A stretch of 64,000 nucleotides of DNA from positions 2,336,001 through 2,400,000 of the forward strand of contig CAXXWQ010000004.1 in NCBI GenBank assembly GCA_963674945.2, written 5' to 3'. The number at the start of each line of letters is the position of its first letter. Within the stretch, counting starts at the first letter, position 1. Of the stretch, positions 40,377 to 49,409 are shown in pieces. Position numbers and translations under genes: made by a program. The DNA is from an uncultured Desulfosarcina sp. (lineage in GTDB: Bacteria; Desulfobacterota; Desulfobacteria; Desulfobacterales; Desulfosarcinaceae). The notes below the pieces were generated by a model, which was not told the origin of the DNA, searched no databases, and worked only from the letters and a program-made list of their open reading frames with translations.

Positions 40377-42437
40377 TCAAATATAAAACTCCGATATCGG
40401 CCTGAACTCTAAAGCATCTCCGTAGGTGTAGATCAGATCACCTGCCTTCCCCATGCACTTGTCGATGTCTGTATCGTCGGCAACGATTATCACCCGGTCT
40501 GCCAATTTGTTTTCGAGTGCGGTGGTGATGTTGTCCTGGATGTTTTTGTCGTGGATGGTGATCTCGTAGTCGTGGCTCTCGCCGTCTTTTTCGGCATAGA
40601 CATCCATCCTATGCGGGTGGCCGTTAGCAGTGGCTTCGAGGGTGCAGGTCCACCCATCGTTTTCAAGCTGCATCTTGACCAGCTCGGCATATACCTGGTG
40701 CTTGACTCCGGGCCTGTTCCAGGCATGGGCTTTGATTCCCATCCTTTGGTGAGCTTGCGGTGTGAGGCGCATGAAGGTGTATGGCTTGCCTTTTTTCTGA
40801 ATTTTTACAGTTTCTTTAATGATGTAGCCGTTCTTGATCAGGCTATTCTGTGTTTTGTTTGCAGTGTTTGGGTTAAATCCGCACTCTTTATAGATCTGTG
40901 TCACGTACATCAGCGGGTTTTCGTGGATGGTGCGCATCAGCAGCTCTTCATCCGGTGTGGTGCGTGGTAATGGTGTCGGGCGTTTTGCCGGGTCTGGTTT
41001 TGGTTCAATTGTTTGCGGTGTTGGAACGTCCGGGATCTCGTATTGTTTGAGGAACTCGTTGTTGTACTCGACCACCTCTTCATCTGGCACCCTTCTGTCC
41101 GGGTCGGGGACGTGCGGGAACTGGACTGGGAATGGTGTTGGGTATCCAGCGTATTTGATAATTGCATGGCCGTGGCCTTCAGCAGACAGTTGCCGGTAAA
41201 ATTCCATTTGGGCTTGATTTAATCCGAGAGACATGGCCGCGTCCATCAGCTCTTTTCCATCTGAGAGAGGGAATGCGATCATAGTGTTGACGTTGGCTTT
41301 GATTGTTGTGGACACGCTTTTGGGTTCCTGGGTGGCTACTATGAAGCCGATGTTCATCTTTCTTGCCAGGGCATACTGTTTCTCAAGTTCCTTTTCGCCG
41401 AATCCGGTTGTTGCGCGGCTGAACAGGTCCCTGCCTTCGTCCATGATGATCAGGTTCAGATGGTCGGTTCGCTCGTGTTTTTTGTAGTGGTACAGCCTGC
41501 TCAAGAGCATTGCAGTGCGGAACATGTCGATCTCTGATATTGAGTCACCGATCTCGAAAACTGCGTCCATGTGCATCAGGTCTTCGATTGGGATGTGCAC
41601 ATTCCGGCTGTGCCTATCGTACTCTGAAAGTCCAATGAATCTGTTTACAAGCGACTGGATAGGGTCGCCTTCGCGGAATGATCCAGAGGCCTTCACATCT
41701 GCTCTGCATTTTTCAAGCATCTCTTCAGTCGTTGGGTATGGTTTTCCGTCAGCTTCAAAGTCAATGAGTGCGGATATGAGTTGGTTTTTTGACGCTATTT
41801 TGAACTGTTGCTCTGTTCCCATGATCTGGGCGACTATCCAGCGCCATGTGTAGTTAGGCATATAAGGTGTGGGCGGTCTGAACAGGTCTTCGCGCATGTC
41901 CTGGAGTGTGAATATTTTGAACTTCGGATAAAGGAAGTTCCGGAATGATTTTGCCGGCTCGAACACCCAGATTGATATCTTATCGCCAAGAACAGTTTTG
42001 AGCGCTGCAATCATTGCAAGGATACCTCTGGATTTGCCTCTGCCTGGGCTTCCGCAGATGAACATATGCCGTCTGAAATCACCGGGCGACATTATCATTC
42101 CATCTGGTGGGCCTCCTTCGCCGAACGGATCATTGATTGCGGCAACCGGAATGTTGCCGGTGAAGTTTTCTGTGGTGGGGCGCGGGTAGAACGGATCGGC
42201 CTCTTGTTTTTGGACTTCGATCTGGTTTTGTATTGTCCATTGTTGGATGAGCGGCATCTGGTCCTTGATCATGTATTCGACCTCTGACCAGTCGCCTGTC
42301 TGTTGTGCAATTCCTATCAATTGAGCAAATACAGGGTGGTTTTCAAGGCCAGCCGATTTGGCGATTGCCATCAAGGCTCGGGGATCAGGTTGTTTCATTC
42401 GAGGATTTTGCGGTTTTTTGTATCTCTTTTGTCTCAT
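40377..42437 (-). CDS. HerA/FtsK/VirD4-superfamily ATPase with C-terminal wHTH and PD-(D/E)xK-like domains
   Basis: HMFICGSPGRGKS (Walker A), LIIMDEG (Walker B), ARKMNIGFIVATQ (Arg finger and sensor), Pro-rich linker, HTH-like VTQIYKECGF...LIKNGYI, then KHQ...LE...RMDVYAEK...DYEIT. Confidence 0.85.
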   Translation of the reverse strand: MRQKRYKKPQNPRMKQPDPRALMAIAKSAGLENHPVFAQLIGIAQQTGDWSEVEYMIKDQMPLIQQWTIQNQIEVQKQEADPFYPRPTTENFTGNIPVAAINDPFGEGGPPDGMIMSPGDFRRHMFICGSPGRGKSRGILAMIAALKTVLGDKISIWVFEPAKSFRNFLYPKFKIFTLQDMREDLFRPPTPYMPNYTWRWIVAQIMGTEQQFKIASKNQLISALIDFEADGKPYPTTEEMLEKCRADVKASGSFREGDPIQSLVNRFIGLSEYDRHSRNVHIPIEDLMHMDAVFEIGDSISEIDMFRTAMLLSRLYHYKKHERTDHLNLIIMDEGRDLFSRATTGFGEKELEKQYALARKMNIGFIVATQEPKSVSTTIKANVNTMIAFPLSDGKELMDAAMSLGLNQAQMEFYRQLSAEGHGHAIIKYAGYPTPFPVQFPHVPDPDRRVPDEEVVEYNNEFLKQYEIPDVPTPQTIEPKPDPAKRPTPLPRTTPDEELLMRTIHENPLMYVTQIYKECGFNPNTANKTQNSLIKNGYIIKETVKIQKKGKPYTFMRLTPQAHQRMGIKAHAWNRPGVKHQVYAELVKMQLENDGWTCTLEATANGHPHRMDVYAEKDGESHDYEITIHDKNIQDNITTALENKLADRVIIVADDTDIDKCMGKAGDLIYTYGDALEFRPISEFYI

Positions 42438-42901
42438 CACTCACCTCCAAAAAATCCCTCCAGGAATCCATTAAAGAAGTTCCAGCGTTTTAGTGACTTA
42501 GTTTCTTCTTCAAAGTGAGGTGTGCAAAGAAATCTTTTACTCTCACCGTCATCTAAAAAAAATCCATCAGGGTTTCCAAATACGCACAACCCCACTCTGC
42601 ATTTGTGGCACATTCTAAGGTGTTCTTTGCAGACAAGTTGGCCAGTCCACGATCTGCCCGCTATTCTCCGGAACTGTCGCTCATTGATCGCAGTTGTGAG
42701 AGGGCATCCGCAGCCACCTTCGAAATAAAATACATATCTCCAGTTATTGGCGTAGATGACCGATGGGATCATCCCTCTTATATCTTTGATGGTTGTGTTT
42801 AGTGGCAGATCAGGCGGTACGCGGTCCAATATATCGTATAATTGAACGTAAGCAGTATTCATCAGTCCTTGGTTTTGCATAGGCATCTGTGGGATATTCA
42901 T
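42437..42901 (-). CDS. Cys/His-rich putative zinc-finger protein
   Basis: CGC...CKEH..CHKC...C...CTPH. Overlaps both neighbours. GGAGG RBS. Confidence 0.8.
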   Translation of the reverse strand: MNIPQMPMQNQGLMNTAYVQLYDILDRVPPDLPLNTTIKDIRGMIPSVIYANNWRYVFYFEGGCGCPLTTAINERQFRRIAGRSWTGQLVCKEHLRMCHKCRVGLCVFGNPDGFFLDDGESKRFLCTPHFEEETKSLKRWNFFNGFLEGFFGGE

Positions 42902-43443
42902 CGCGAACCTCCAAATCCGAAAAATCTCAGAAATCTTTTGATTGGGTCTTCGTCTTCATCCTCATCCTCATAATCATCGCTGCTGTTGTATCCGCCGCCG
43001 TATCGGTTTGATTTTGCATCAGCTTTTAGTCGATCCATCACTTTGCGCAGCTCTGGGTTGAATTCATCATCCGCTGGTCTTACTGACAAGTGTTCATCGT
43101 CTTCATCGTCACCCTTATCCTCATTATCCTCAGTCTCAATCTTGATCTGGTTTTCATCATCGTATTCATCGATCTCCCTGTAGAACCCTATCTCATAGCT
43201 TCCGTCCCACATGTTTTGGATTGACCAGCACGGTTCGATTTCACCCGAAATGTCATTTTCAACATGCACATCCACGTCTTCCTGATCGTCATCAGATATC
43301 AGCTCGGTGCTCTCGTCAGCCTCGACCTCGAACTCAACATCCTCGTCAAGATCTCTGTCACCGTCTTCATCTGAATCAATCTCCCAGTCGGCCTCGAAAT
43401 CGTCGTCACAGTCCATGTCATTGGAATCATAATCAAAGTCCAT
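42898..43443 (-). CDS. Highly acidic protein (181 aa) with basic amphipathic C-terminus
   Basis: D/E-dominated sequence ending PIKRFLRFFGFGGSR. GAGAGG RBS before ATG 43443. ATGA overlap with the next gene. Confidence 0.78.
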   Translation of the reverse strand: MDFDYDSNDMDCDDDFEADWEIDSDEDGDRDLDEDVEFEVEADESTELISDDDQEDVDVHVENDISGEIEPCWSIQNMWDGSYEIGFYREIDEYDDENQIKIETEDNEDKGDDEDDEHLSVRPADDEFNPELRKVMDRLKADAKSNRYGGGYNSSDDYEDEDEDEDPIKRFLRFFGFGGSR

Positions 43444-43529
43444 TTTTGTTTCCTCTCTTGATTCAAAGTTGGATATTCTGATATATTCAAGGGTCATATC
43501 GTTGTGCGATCTTTTTTTGTTCAAGAAAG

Positions 43530-44138
43530 GTGTATAAAGTGCCGGAATATTTGGAAAGATACAGAGAAATATATTTGAGTATTACAGCTTATGTTGTCGA
43601 TAAAAATCAGTTTGATAACTATCAGTTGGATAGATATTATAATGAAGCTAATAGGTTATTACATTACATAATCGATACTCGTGCAGAGAGGAGTTTCGAA
43701 CATAACAAGGCTTTAATTATAAGAAATTGTAAAAAAAATGCCGTGGCACATGCATTCAATGTACCGCAAAGAGATCAAAAGTTAGACTCCATTGATGATT
43801 ATTTTAATCTTAAATATGAAACGAGTTACGTCGTTCCAAATAAAAACCCTGAAGAAATACTTATCCGAAGAGAAGAAATAGAAAAGAAGATATTTATCTG
43901 TAGAGAACAGAACAGACTATTAAGCAGATTCCTTCCTAATTTGTCAGTAGAGGAAAGGAAAATATATCGGTTAAGACTATACAAGGATATGGCGTATCAA
44001 AAAATAGCTGAAAAAGTTAAGATTCCTTGGGCGACAGTTCGCAGGCGATATCTTAAAATTATGGCGAAGCTTAAAGATTACTATATGGAAATAGATGAAC
44101 AGACCAGAGCCGACAAGATTGCGGAGGCAGCGTCATGA
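43530..44138 (+). CDS. ECF-like sigma-70 family factor (clear region 4, divergent region 2)
   Basis: NPEEIL...LSVEERKIYRLRLYKDMAYQKIAEKVKIPWATVRRRY. Start may be GTG 43539. Confidence 0.75.
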   Translation: MYKVPEYLERYREIYLSITAYVVDKNQFDNYQLDRYYNEANRLLHYIIDTRAERSFEHNKALIIRNCKKNAVAHAFNVPQRDQKLDSIDDYFNLKYETSYVVPNKNPEEILIRREEIEKKIFICREQNRLLSRFLPNLSVEERKIYRLRLYKDMAYQKIAEKVKIPWATVRRRYLKIMAKLKDYYMEIDEQTRADKIAEAAS

Positions 44139-44767
44139 ACTGTAAAGATATGACAAAAGAAGAATTAGATGAGCTTTTGGTCAAGTATGTTACAGAAGAA
44201 CTTGACGAGTCCGATGTTGAAGACATTGAGATGCATATATTTGATTGCGATGAATGTTCAAAGCAGGTTCTTGCCATCTCGAAAGTCATGCGTATATCAA
44301 AACAAAATTTTATTTATGAAGACCTATGCGCAGCTTATGACAATAAAGAATGGCAGGATGTCATCCGGCTTGGTGATGAGCTTGAGGGACTGGGATATGC
44401 TGAGAGTGTGCACCCGACATTAGAAAAAATCCGAATCGCTGAATCTGAACTGAAATTAACAAAGTCGGATCATCGTAATATAGAATCTCGTGGCCAAAAC
44501 ATTATCTCCCTGATAATCGATGATGTTGAAGAGAGATATACATGGGAAAACGATGAGATAGTGCATCTGGTTGATAATGATGACAAAAAAGAGCTCAAAA
44601 TCATTATTGATAATGAGATTATAGTCGATTTAACATTACCTGAAAAGGAAGAATTGTTAGAATTAGAAGATCAATCAGAGGGCAAGCTTCATTTTGAGAG
44701 TGAAGACTTTACTATAAATATTTATCTGGGAATGTTTGATTATAAGATTGTAATAACAAAAAAATAA
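44135..44767 (+). CDS. Soluble zinc-binding anti-sigma factor (zf-HC2/ZAS)
   Basis: MNC...LLVKYVTEEL...IEMHIFDCDEC (Hx3Cx2C). ATGA-coupled to the sigma gene. No TM helix. Confidence 0.8.
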   Translation: MNCKDMTKEELDELLVKYVTEELDESDVEDIEMHIFDCDECSKQVLAISKVMRISKQNFIYEDLCAAYDNKEWQDVIRLGDELEGLGYAESVHPTLEKIRIAESELKLTKSDHRNIESRGQNIISLIIDDVEERYTWENDEIVHLVDNDDKKELKIIIDNEIIVDLTLPEKEELLELEDQSEGKLHFESEDFTINIYLGMFDYKIVITKK

Positions 44768-44789
44768 AGTCTATACTTTTAAAAATTTT

Positions 44790-46319
44790 ATGAAAAATAT
44801 ATATTCCCCATTTAGAGACTCAATAACATCTGAAAATAATGCTTCTATTACAAATACTTTAAAAAGGGTAAAAGGTAAATATATCCCCAATAGTTGCTTT
44901 ATCCTAATCAATGCAAACTTTCACGATTATTTAACAGATATAAATTCCTCTGAATTGAAAAATCACAATGAAATATTATTTAATACTCAAAATGAAATTA
45001 GCAGGAGTTTGATCCATGAGTTTATGCATTGTTTTCATACAATGACATCTCCACTTGGAGCGATCAATATAATATGTAGCGAAAAACAAAATTACTGGCT
45101 TATTGAATATCTCCAAACAATTGAAGAGTTTGATGGATCGCATTTTGAAAGATATAAAGATGAACGAATTTTAAATTATTTATATTCTAAAGAATTTAAT
45201 AGCTGGCTTAATTATCAAAAGGTTTTAAATTGTTTTAAAGGAGTTCTTCGAAATAAATTTCTACCCAAAGTAAAAGATTATGCCAATCCAATTCACTGGG
45301 CAATGTGTGCATTTTCAGATATTTATGAAGGACTATCTGGGCAAAAAGCAAATTTTCAAAATCTCTCTTATAAGTTGTCTGAAGAGCTTGTTATCAAGGC
45401 AGAGCAATCATTAGTTACGTCTCTGTTTTATTTCGGTAATGAAAAGCAAAAAGATTGGAAGAAACAATTCAGTTACAACAAAAATTACGACTGTGTTTTT
45501 TTAACAACACATATTATCCTAGAGGGGTATGCCAAAATCATTGAATTCTATATAAACAACAAAGAAAAAATTGATAATTGTGATAGTATAGATACCCATT
45601 CAGAAATATGGGAACAATTAGTAAAAAGTTTGAAAGGAATTTATTCTGTTACAGTAACAAATGTTTTAAACGATTTACATTGGATTTTGACAGAAAGAGG
45701 AATCCATGAATTTATTTTTACTTGCTTTTCAGCTTACGAAATAGCTTTGATGACAAGATTTCATCCAATTCTTTTATATGAGTCTGAAGATATTTGTCTA
45801 TCTGAGATTTTTATCCCCCATAGATATATGAAAGTGATAAATTTTTTTTCCGATAAAAGATTGTCTATCAGCGATTTTATTTCTGAATCAGATGATGCCA
45901 ACCAAGACATAATTAAAGCCTTGGATAAAATTTGTGCTGAGATCTCATTTTTAAAATATAGTGTCTGTTTAGAAAGAATATCTGATCTTTATGACAGCGA
46001 TATTTTGAATAGCGGCTACCAATCAATATTAGGAAAATTTTACTGTGATTATAAAAAGAAAGTAGATGTTTTTGGAATTGAAATCAGGCGACACCCGATA
46101 CATCCAATTGTTTTTTTTAATGATGTTGTCGTAGTTCCAGAACCCTTAAAAAACTTAATCACTGAAAATAATTGGTTGTTTTTTTCAATAATGGATTATG
46201 TGTATTCGATTTATGGATATAATTTGGTCTTAGGTGATGGACTTGAATTGACAAAGAAAACTATAAGGTTTTTTAGCAATATTAAGAATATTAGCTTAGA
46301 TTGGAATTACATTACCTGA
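44790..46319 (+). CDS. HExxH (gluzincin-like) metallopeptidase-like protein, 3' end clipped by IS1380
   Basis: LIHEFMHCFH plus downstream ILEGYA. Very AT-rich. The present stop (46317-46319) lies inside the IS1380 terminal repeat. Confidence 0.7.
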   Translation: MKNIYSPFRDSITSENNASITNTLKRVKGKYIPNSCFILINANFHDYLTDINSSELKNHNEILFNTQNEISRSLIHEFMHCFHTMTSPLGAINIICSEKQNYWLIEYLQTIEEFDGSHFERYKDERILNYLYSKEFNSWLNYQKVLNCFKGVLRNKFLPKVKDYANPIHWAMCAFSDIYEGLSGQKANFQNLSYKLSEELVIKAEQSLVTSLFYFGNEKQKDWKKQFSYNKNYDCVFLTTHIILEGYAKIIEFYINNKEKIDNCDSIDTHSEIWEQLVKSLKGIYSVTVTNVLNDLHWILTERGIHEFIFTCFSAYEIALMTRFHPILLYESEDICLSEIFIPHRYMKVINFFSDKRLSISDFISESDDANQDIIKALDKICAEISFLKYSVCLERISDLYDSDILNSGYQSILGKFYCDYKKKVDVFGIEIRRHPIHPIVFFNDVVVVPEPLKNLITENNWLFFSIMDYVYSIYGYNLVLGDGLELTKKTIRFFSNIKNISLDWNYIT

Positions 46320-47970
46320 ATCAGTGGCCTAATTTTTGCTGTTAGGATTGGCGCGGGGCGATTGCCTCACACACCATCATTTGTTGATAATTTTTCTCAC
46401 TATTTTCAAATTTCGAAGGAATTTTGCTCCTGTTTCTCATTCTTTAGCCATAGCAAATCACCAAGCAAATGCCTGTAAAATTGTTCTTTTAAAAATTATA
46501 GCTACTTCATAGCGGAAAGCAAATTCAGACGAAGATAAATCCGATCCATCAGTTTGGAAAATGGATTGAGTTGGCCAAAGGATATGTACCATTTTCTACT
46601 TCTGGTTACTAATCGACCGGCCATATACATCAAGTCCTGCATGACTGTCCGGATTCGACGCCGGGTAACTTTCTTCCGGCGTATACCGGGCAATTCAGTC
46701 GGATCACTCTCTTCGATGCTGATTTGTCCGATAATCCGTAGCATGTTGTACGTCAGCATCGCCAAATGAAGAATCAAGCTATTGGTGGAAAAATGACCGC
46801 TCGGCAAGCGCTCCAGGCCCATGTCGGATTTGAGTTCGGAGTGAAACTGCTCGCTGGTACCGTGATCGTGATAAAGTCGAATCACCTCATCCGGTGGCAA
46901 CTGTGCGAGGCTGCACCAATAGGTATCGATCTGATACTCGGGGAACAGCAGTACTTGGCCCTTTTTGGTATGCCTTTCGGTAACCTCAAAGATGATTGGG
47001 TAGCGCAATGGATTGCCGTTGATGTCTTCAATCGTCTTTCCGATCCATACACATTTTCCTGAGCGGCAATGCTGTTGCTTGCCGGATTTTTTTGCCAGAT
47101 CAACCCACTTTTGAACAGATTCTCTACGCAAATTGCGTTTGATGATAAAGTGGACATTCTTTCGTGAATCGTCAGGAAAGTTGTCTTGACTGTCGTTTCC
47201 TGAATCCAACCTCATCAAAATAGGCTGATCGGTAATTTGCCTGGCATAATCCAAGGTGGCGTTGATAAATTCGGGGGTGTTTTTCTGGCAGTGTTGTTTT
47301 CCTTCTCTGAACTCAAGATTCACCAGATACCCCTCGGTGCCCAGGTAGGCAAAGATCGGAGCGAAGCCATCCGTGCCTTTGTAGGTTCTGGAAACGCCTT
47401 CCTTTTGAGTCTTTGAGTTGTCAAACGGACTCACATCCATATCCAAAGGAAGGAAATCACCCGCACTGGTTTGGATGGGTGAAATCGCCGGAGCGCAGGA
47501 TCGAACCAAATCAACGCCTGCATCCTTAATCAGCTTATCGGCTTGGTTGCCGATCAAATCGATTCGCTGACGCAATGTCGGGCTTGACGGGCATGCACGA
47601 TTGCCAATGGCCTTGTTGAAAAATTCTTGCTTCTCACGAAAAATCTCGATCGCATCGTAATCAGGTTTACCAATACTCATGAGAGCAATCATCGAAGCTA
47701 AAATGTCACCATGAGAAATTTTCGGGTCTACACAATGGACGCCGTTGATCTTTTCGAAACGGAACCTGAAATTTATCGCATCAAGTAATGCGCCGATATT
47801 GATCAATCCGCTATGACTGGCAAGTTTTTCCATCTCGTGTTTTATGGTGATCGGACGCCGCATTGATTTCACCTCCGAAGTGAGCGTTTAGTGCCCTAAT
47901 ATTACCATAATATATATGTTTTATCAATTGGTTATAGTGTTTTAATCAGGTTTTGTGCCACGGAAACAGG
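46315..47970 (-). mobile_element. IS1380-family insertion sequence (1656 bp)
   Basis: Ends CCTGAATCAGTGGCCTAAT and revcomp CCTGTTTCCGTGGCACAAA (13/19). Flanking direct repeat ATTACATTA at 46306-46314 and 47971-47979. Confidence 0.9.
46502..47863 (-). CDS. IS1380-family DDE transposase
   Basis: PSSPTLRQR, LDMDVS, TYKGTDGFAP, RLDSG, YHDHGTSEQFHSELK. GGAGGT RBS before ATG 47863. Confidence 0.93.
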   Translation of the reverse strand: MRRPITIKHEMEKLASHSGLINIGALLDAINFRFRFEKINGVHCVDPKISHGDILASMIALMSIGKPDYDAIEIFREKQEFFNKAIGNRACPSSPTLRQRIDLIGNQADKLIKDAGVDLVRSCAPAISPIQTSAGDFLPLDMDVSPFDNSKTQKEGVSRTYKGTDGFAPIFAYLGTEGYLVNLEFREGKQHCQKNTPEFINATLDYARQITDQPILMRLDSGNDSQDNFPDDSRKNVHFIIKRNLRRESVQKWVDLAKKSGKQQHCRSGKCVWIGKTIEDINGNPLRYPIIFEVTERHTKKGQVLLFPEYQIDTYWCSLAQLPPDEVIRLYHDHGTSEQFHSELKSDMGLERLPSGHFSTNSLILHLAMLTYNMLRIIGQISIEESDPTELPGIRRKKVTRRRIRTVMQDLMYMAGRLVTRSRKWYISFGQLNPFSKLMDRIYLRLNLLSAMK

Positions 47971-48083
47971 ATTACATTATTCAAGACAACAAGTTGAATC
48001 TTTTTTCTGAAATGAAAGAAATTTTAAATTAAAAATTTAAGTTTAAACTCAAGTAAATAATTGAATTATTTAGATATTTTGTA

Positions 48084-48128
48084 TTGACACTCTCCGTTTT
48101 GCGCCTTAGGATTGTACAGGGCGCAAAA
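48084..48128 (+). promoter_or_regulatory. Sigma-70 promoter with overlapping operator-like inverted repeat
   Basis: TTGACA(48084)-N17-TAGGAT(48107). Perfect arms TTTTGCGCC (48097-48105) and GGCGCAAAA (48120-48128) flank the -10 box. Confidence 0.65.
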
Positions 48129-48148
48129 TCTTTTTTAGGAGGTGTCTC

Positions 48149-48685
48149 ATGCGAACTTTTCTCTTTGTTTTCCTTTCCGTTCTTCTCATTCCGTCAATTG
48201 CCTTCTCGGGCGAGCTTCCAGATTGGGTTTACAATTCGGCTGTCAAGGATGGTGATGTGTGGCGGTTCTCAGGGTCGGTGCATGATGTATCGCTTTTGAA
48301 TGTTGCCATGCCGCTTGCCCGGTCTGCGGCACTGTCCAATCTGGCTCAATCTATTGGTGTGAATGTGAACGCTGCGGTGGGTCATGGGTATAGTGGCAGT
48401 GAGGCCGATGGGTATTATGAGACTGTTGATGTGAAGCATGGGTACATTCTCAACAATGTGGCGGCGTATGGGGTTGTGCAGAAGGAAACTTATGTTGAGC
48501 GTGTTGATGATCCATATAGTGGCCGCACCAAGTTCAACGTCCACGTGTTGCTTGAGGTATCTGATGCTGATCTGCAGAGGGCCAAGGCTGACTTTTCAAA
48601 GCGGTCATATGTCGCTCCCAAGCCCGCCATCCGTCCAAAGGACGAAGGCCCAATCAAATCATTTATCAGGAAGATCGTGTTTTGA
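48149..48685 (+). CDS. Secreted LPP20-like protein
   Basis: AGGAGGT RBS, signal peptide, LPDWV...FSGS...ARSAALSNLAQSIGVNV pattern. Confidence 0.7.
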   Translation: MRTFLFVFLSVLLIPSIAFSGELPDWVYNSAVKDGDVWRFSGSVHDVSLLNVAMPLARSAALSNLAQSIGVNVNAAVGHGYSGSEADGYYETVDVKHGYILNNVAAYGVVQKETYVERVDDPYSGRTKFNVHVLLEVSDADLQRAKADFSKRSYVAPKPAIRPKDEGPIKSFIRKIVF

Positions 48686-49409
48686 GGGCGCTGCTAATCG
48701 TCCTGTTGATATGTCCGGTTGCGTGGGCTGAAACCATCACTGTTCCGTCCGGCCACTTTCTTGGGTTGTCTGTGCCGTGTGCCTCTGTGAGTGAGGCTCG
48801 GGATTCGGCTCTGCAGGATGTGGCTGAACAGATATTGCGTACTATCGGTGCGTCCTACTCTGTGCGGTTTTCGTCTCGGATGATAGGGACCACTGAGCGG
48901 ATTTCCCACTCTGTCGATGAGCGGTTCCATTATAGTTCGTCTGGGTTCCTTTCTGAGATCGAGAACCGTATAGTGTCGCAATCGTATGACCGTGCGGATG
49001 GCGGTGTGGTGTACCGGATGCTTGTCCATTACCCGCCATCGCTTGTTGCTCGGATGCGGCGGTTATCGCGTGGTGCAAAGGTGCTGGCCACCAAGGTGAG
49101 TCCGGGCGTCTATAACCTGCGCGAGGTCAACGGTGTTAGTTGTGTGCTGACTGAGGCGGCATATATCGTGTCAGAGCGCAACCGGAATGCCGGATTCCTA
49201 AGCTATTATGTCATGAAGGTGTCCAGTGGTAAAACCCACAATTACACAAAACCACTAAATCAGCCTGTTACGCTTGAAGGTAAGGCTTCAAAACGGGTTC
49301 GGTTAATGGTGTCCTTTCGGCAACGGTGCGTAAGCAGATTTTTCTCAAGGCGGGGCTACGGTGCTGACAGAATGGCTACGTAGGCAGGGTGATAAGCCCC
49401 TGCCCACGG

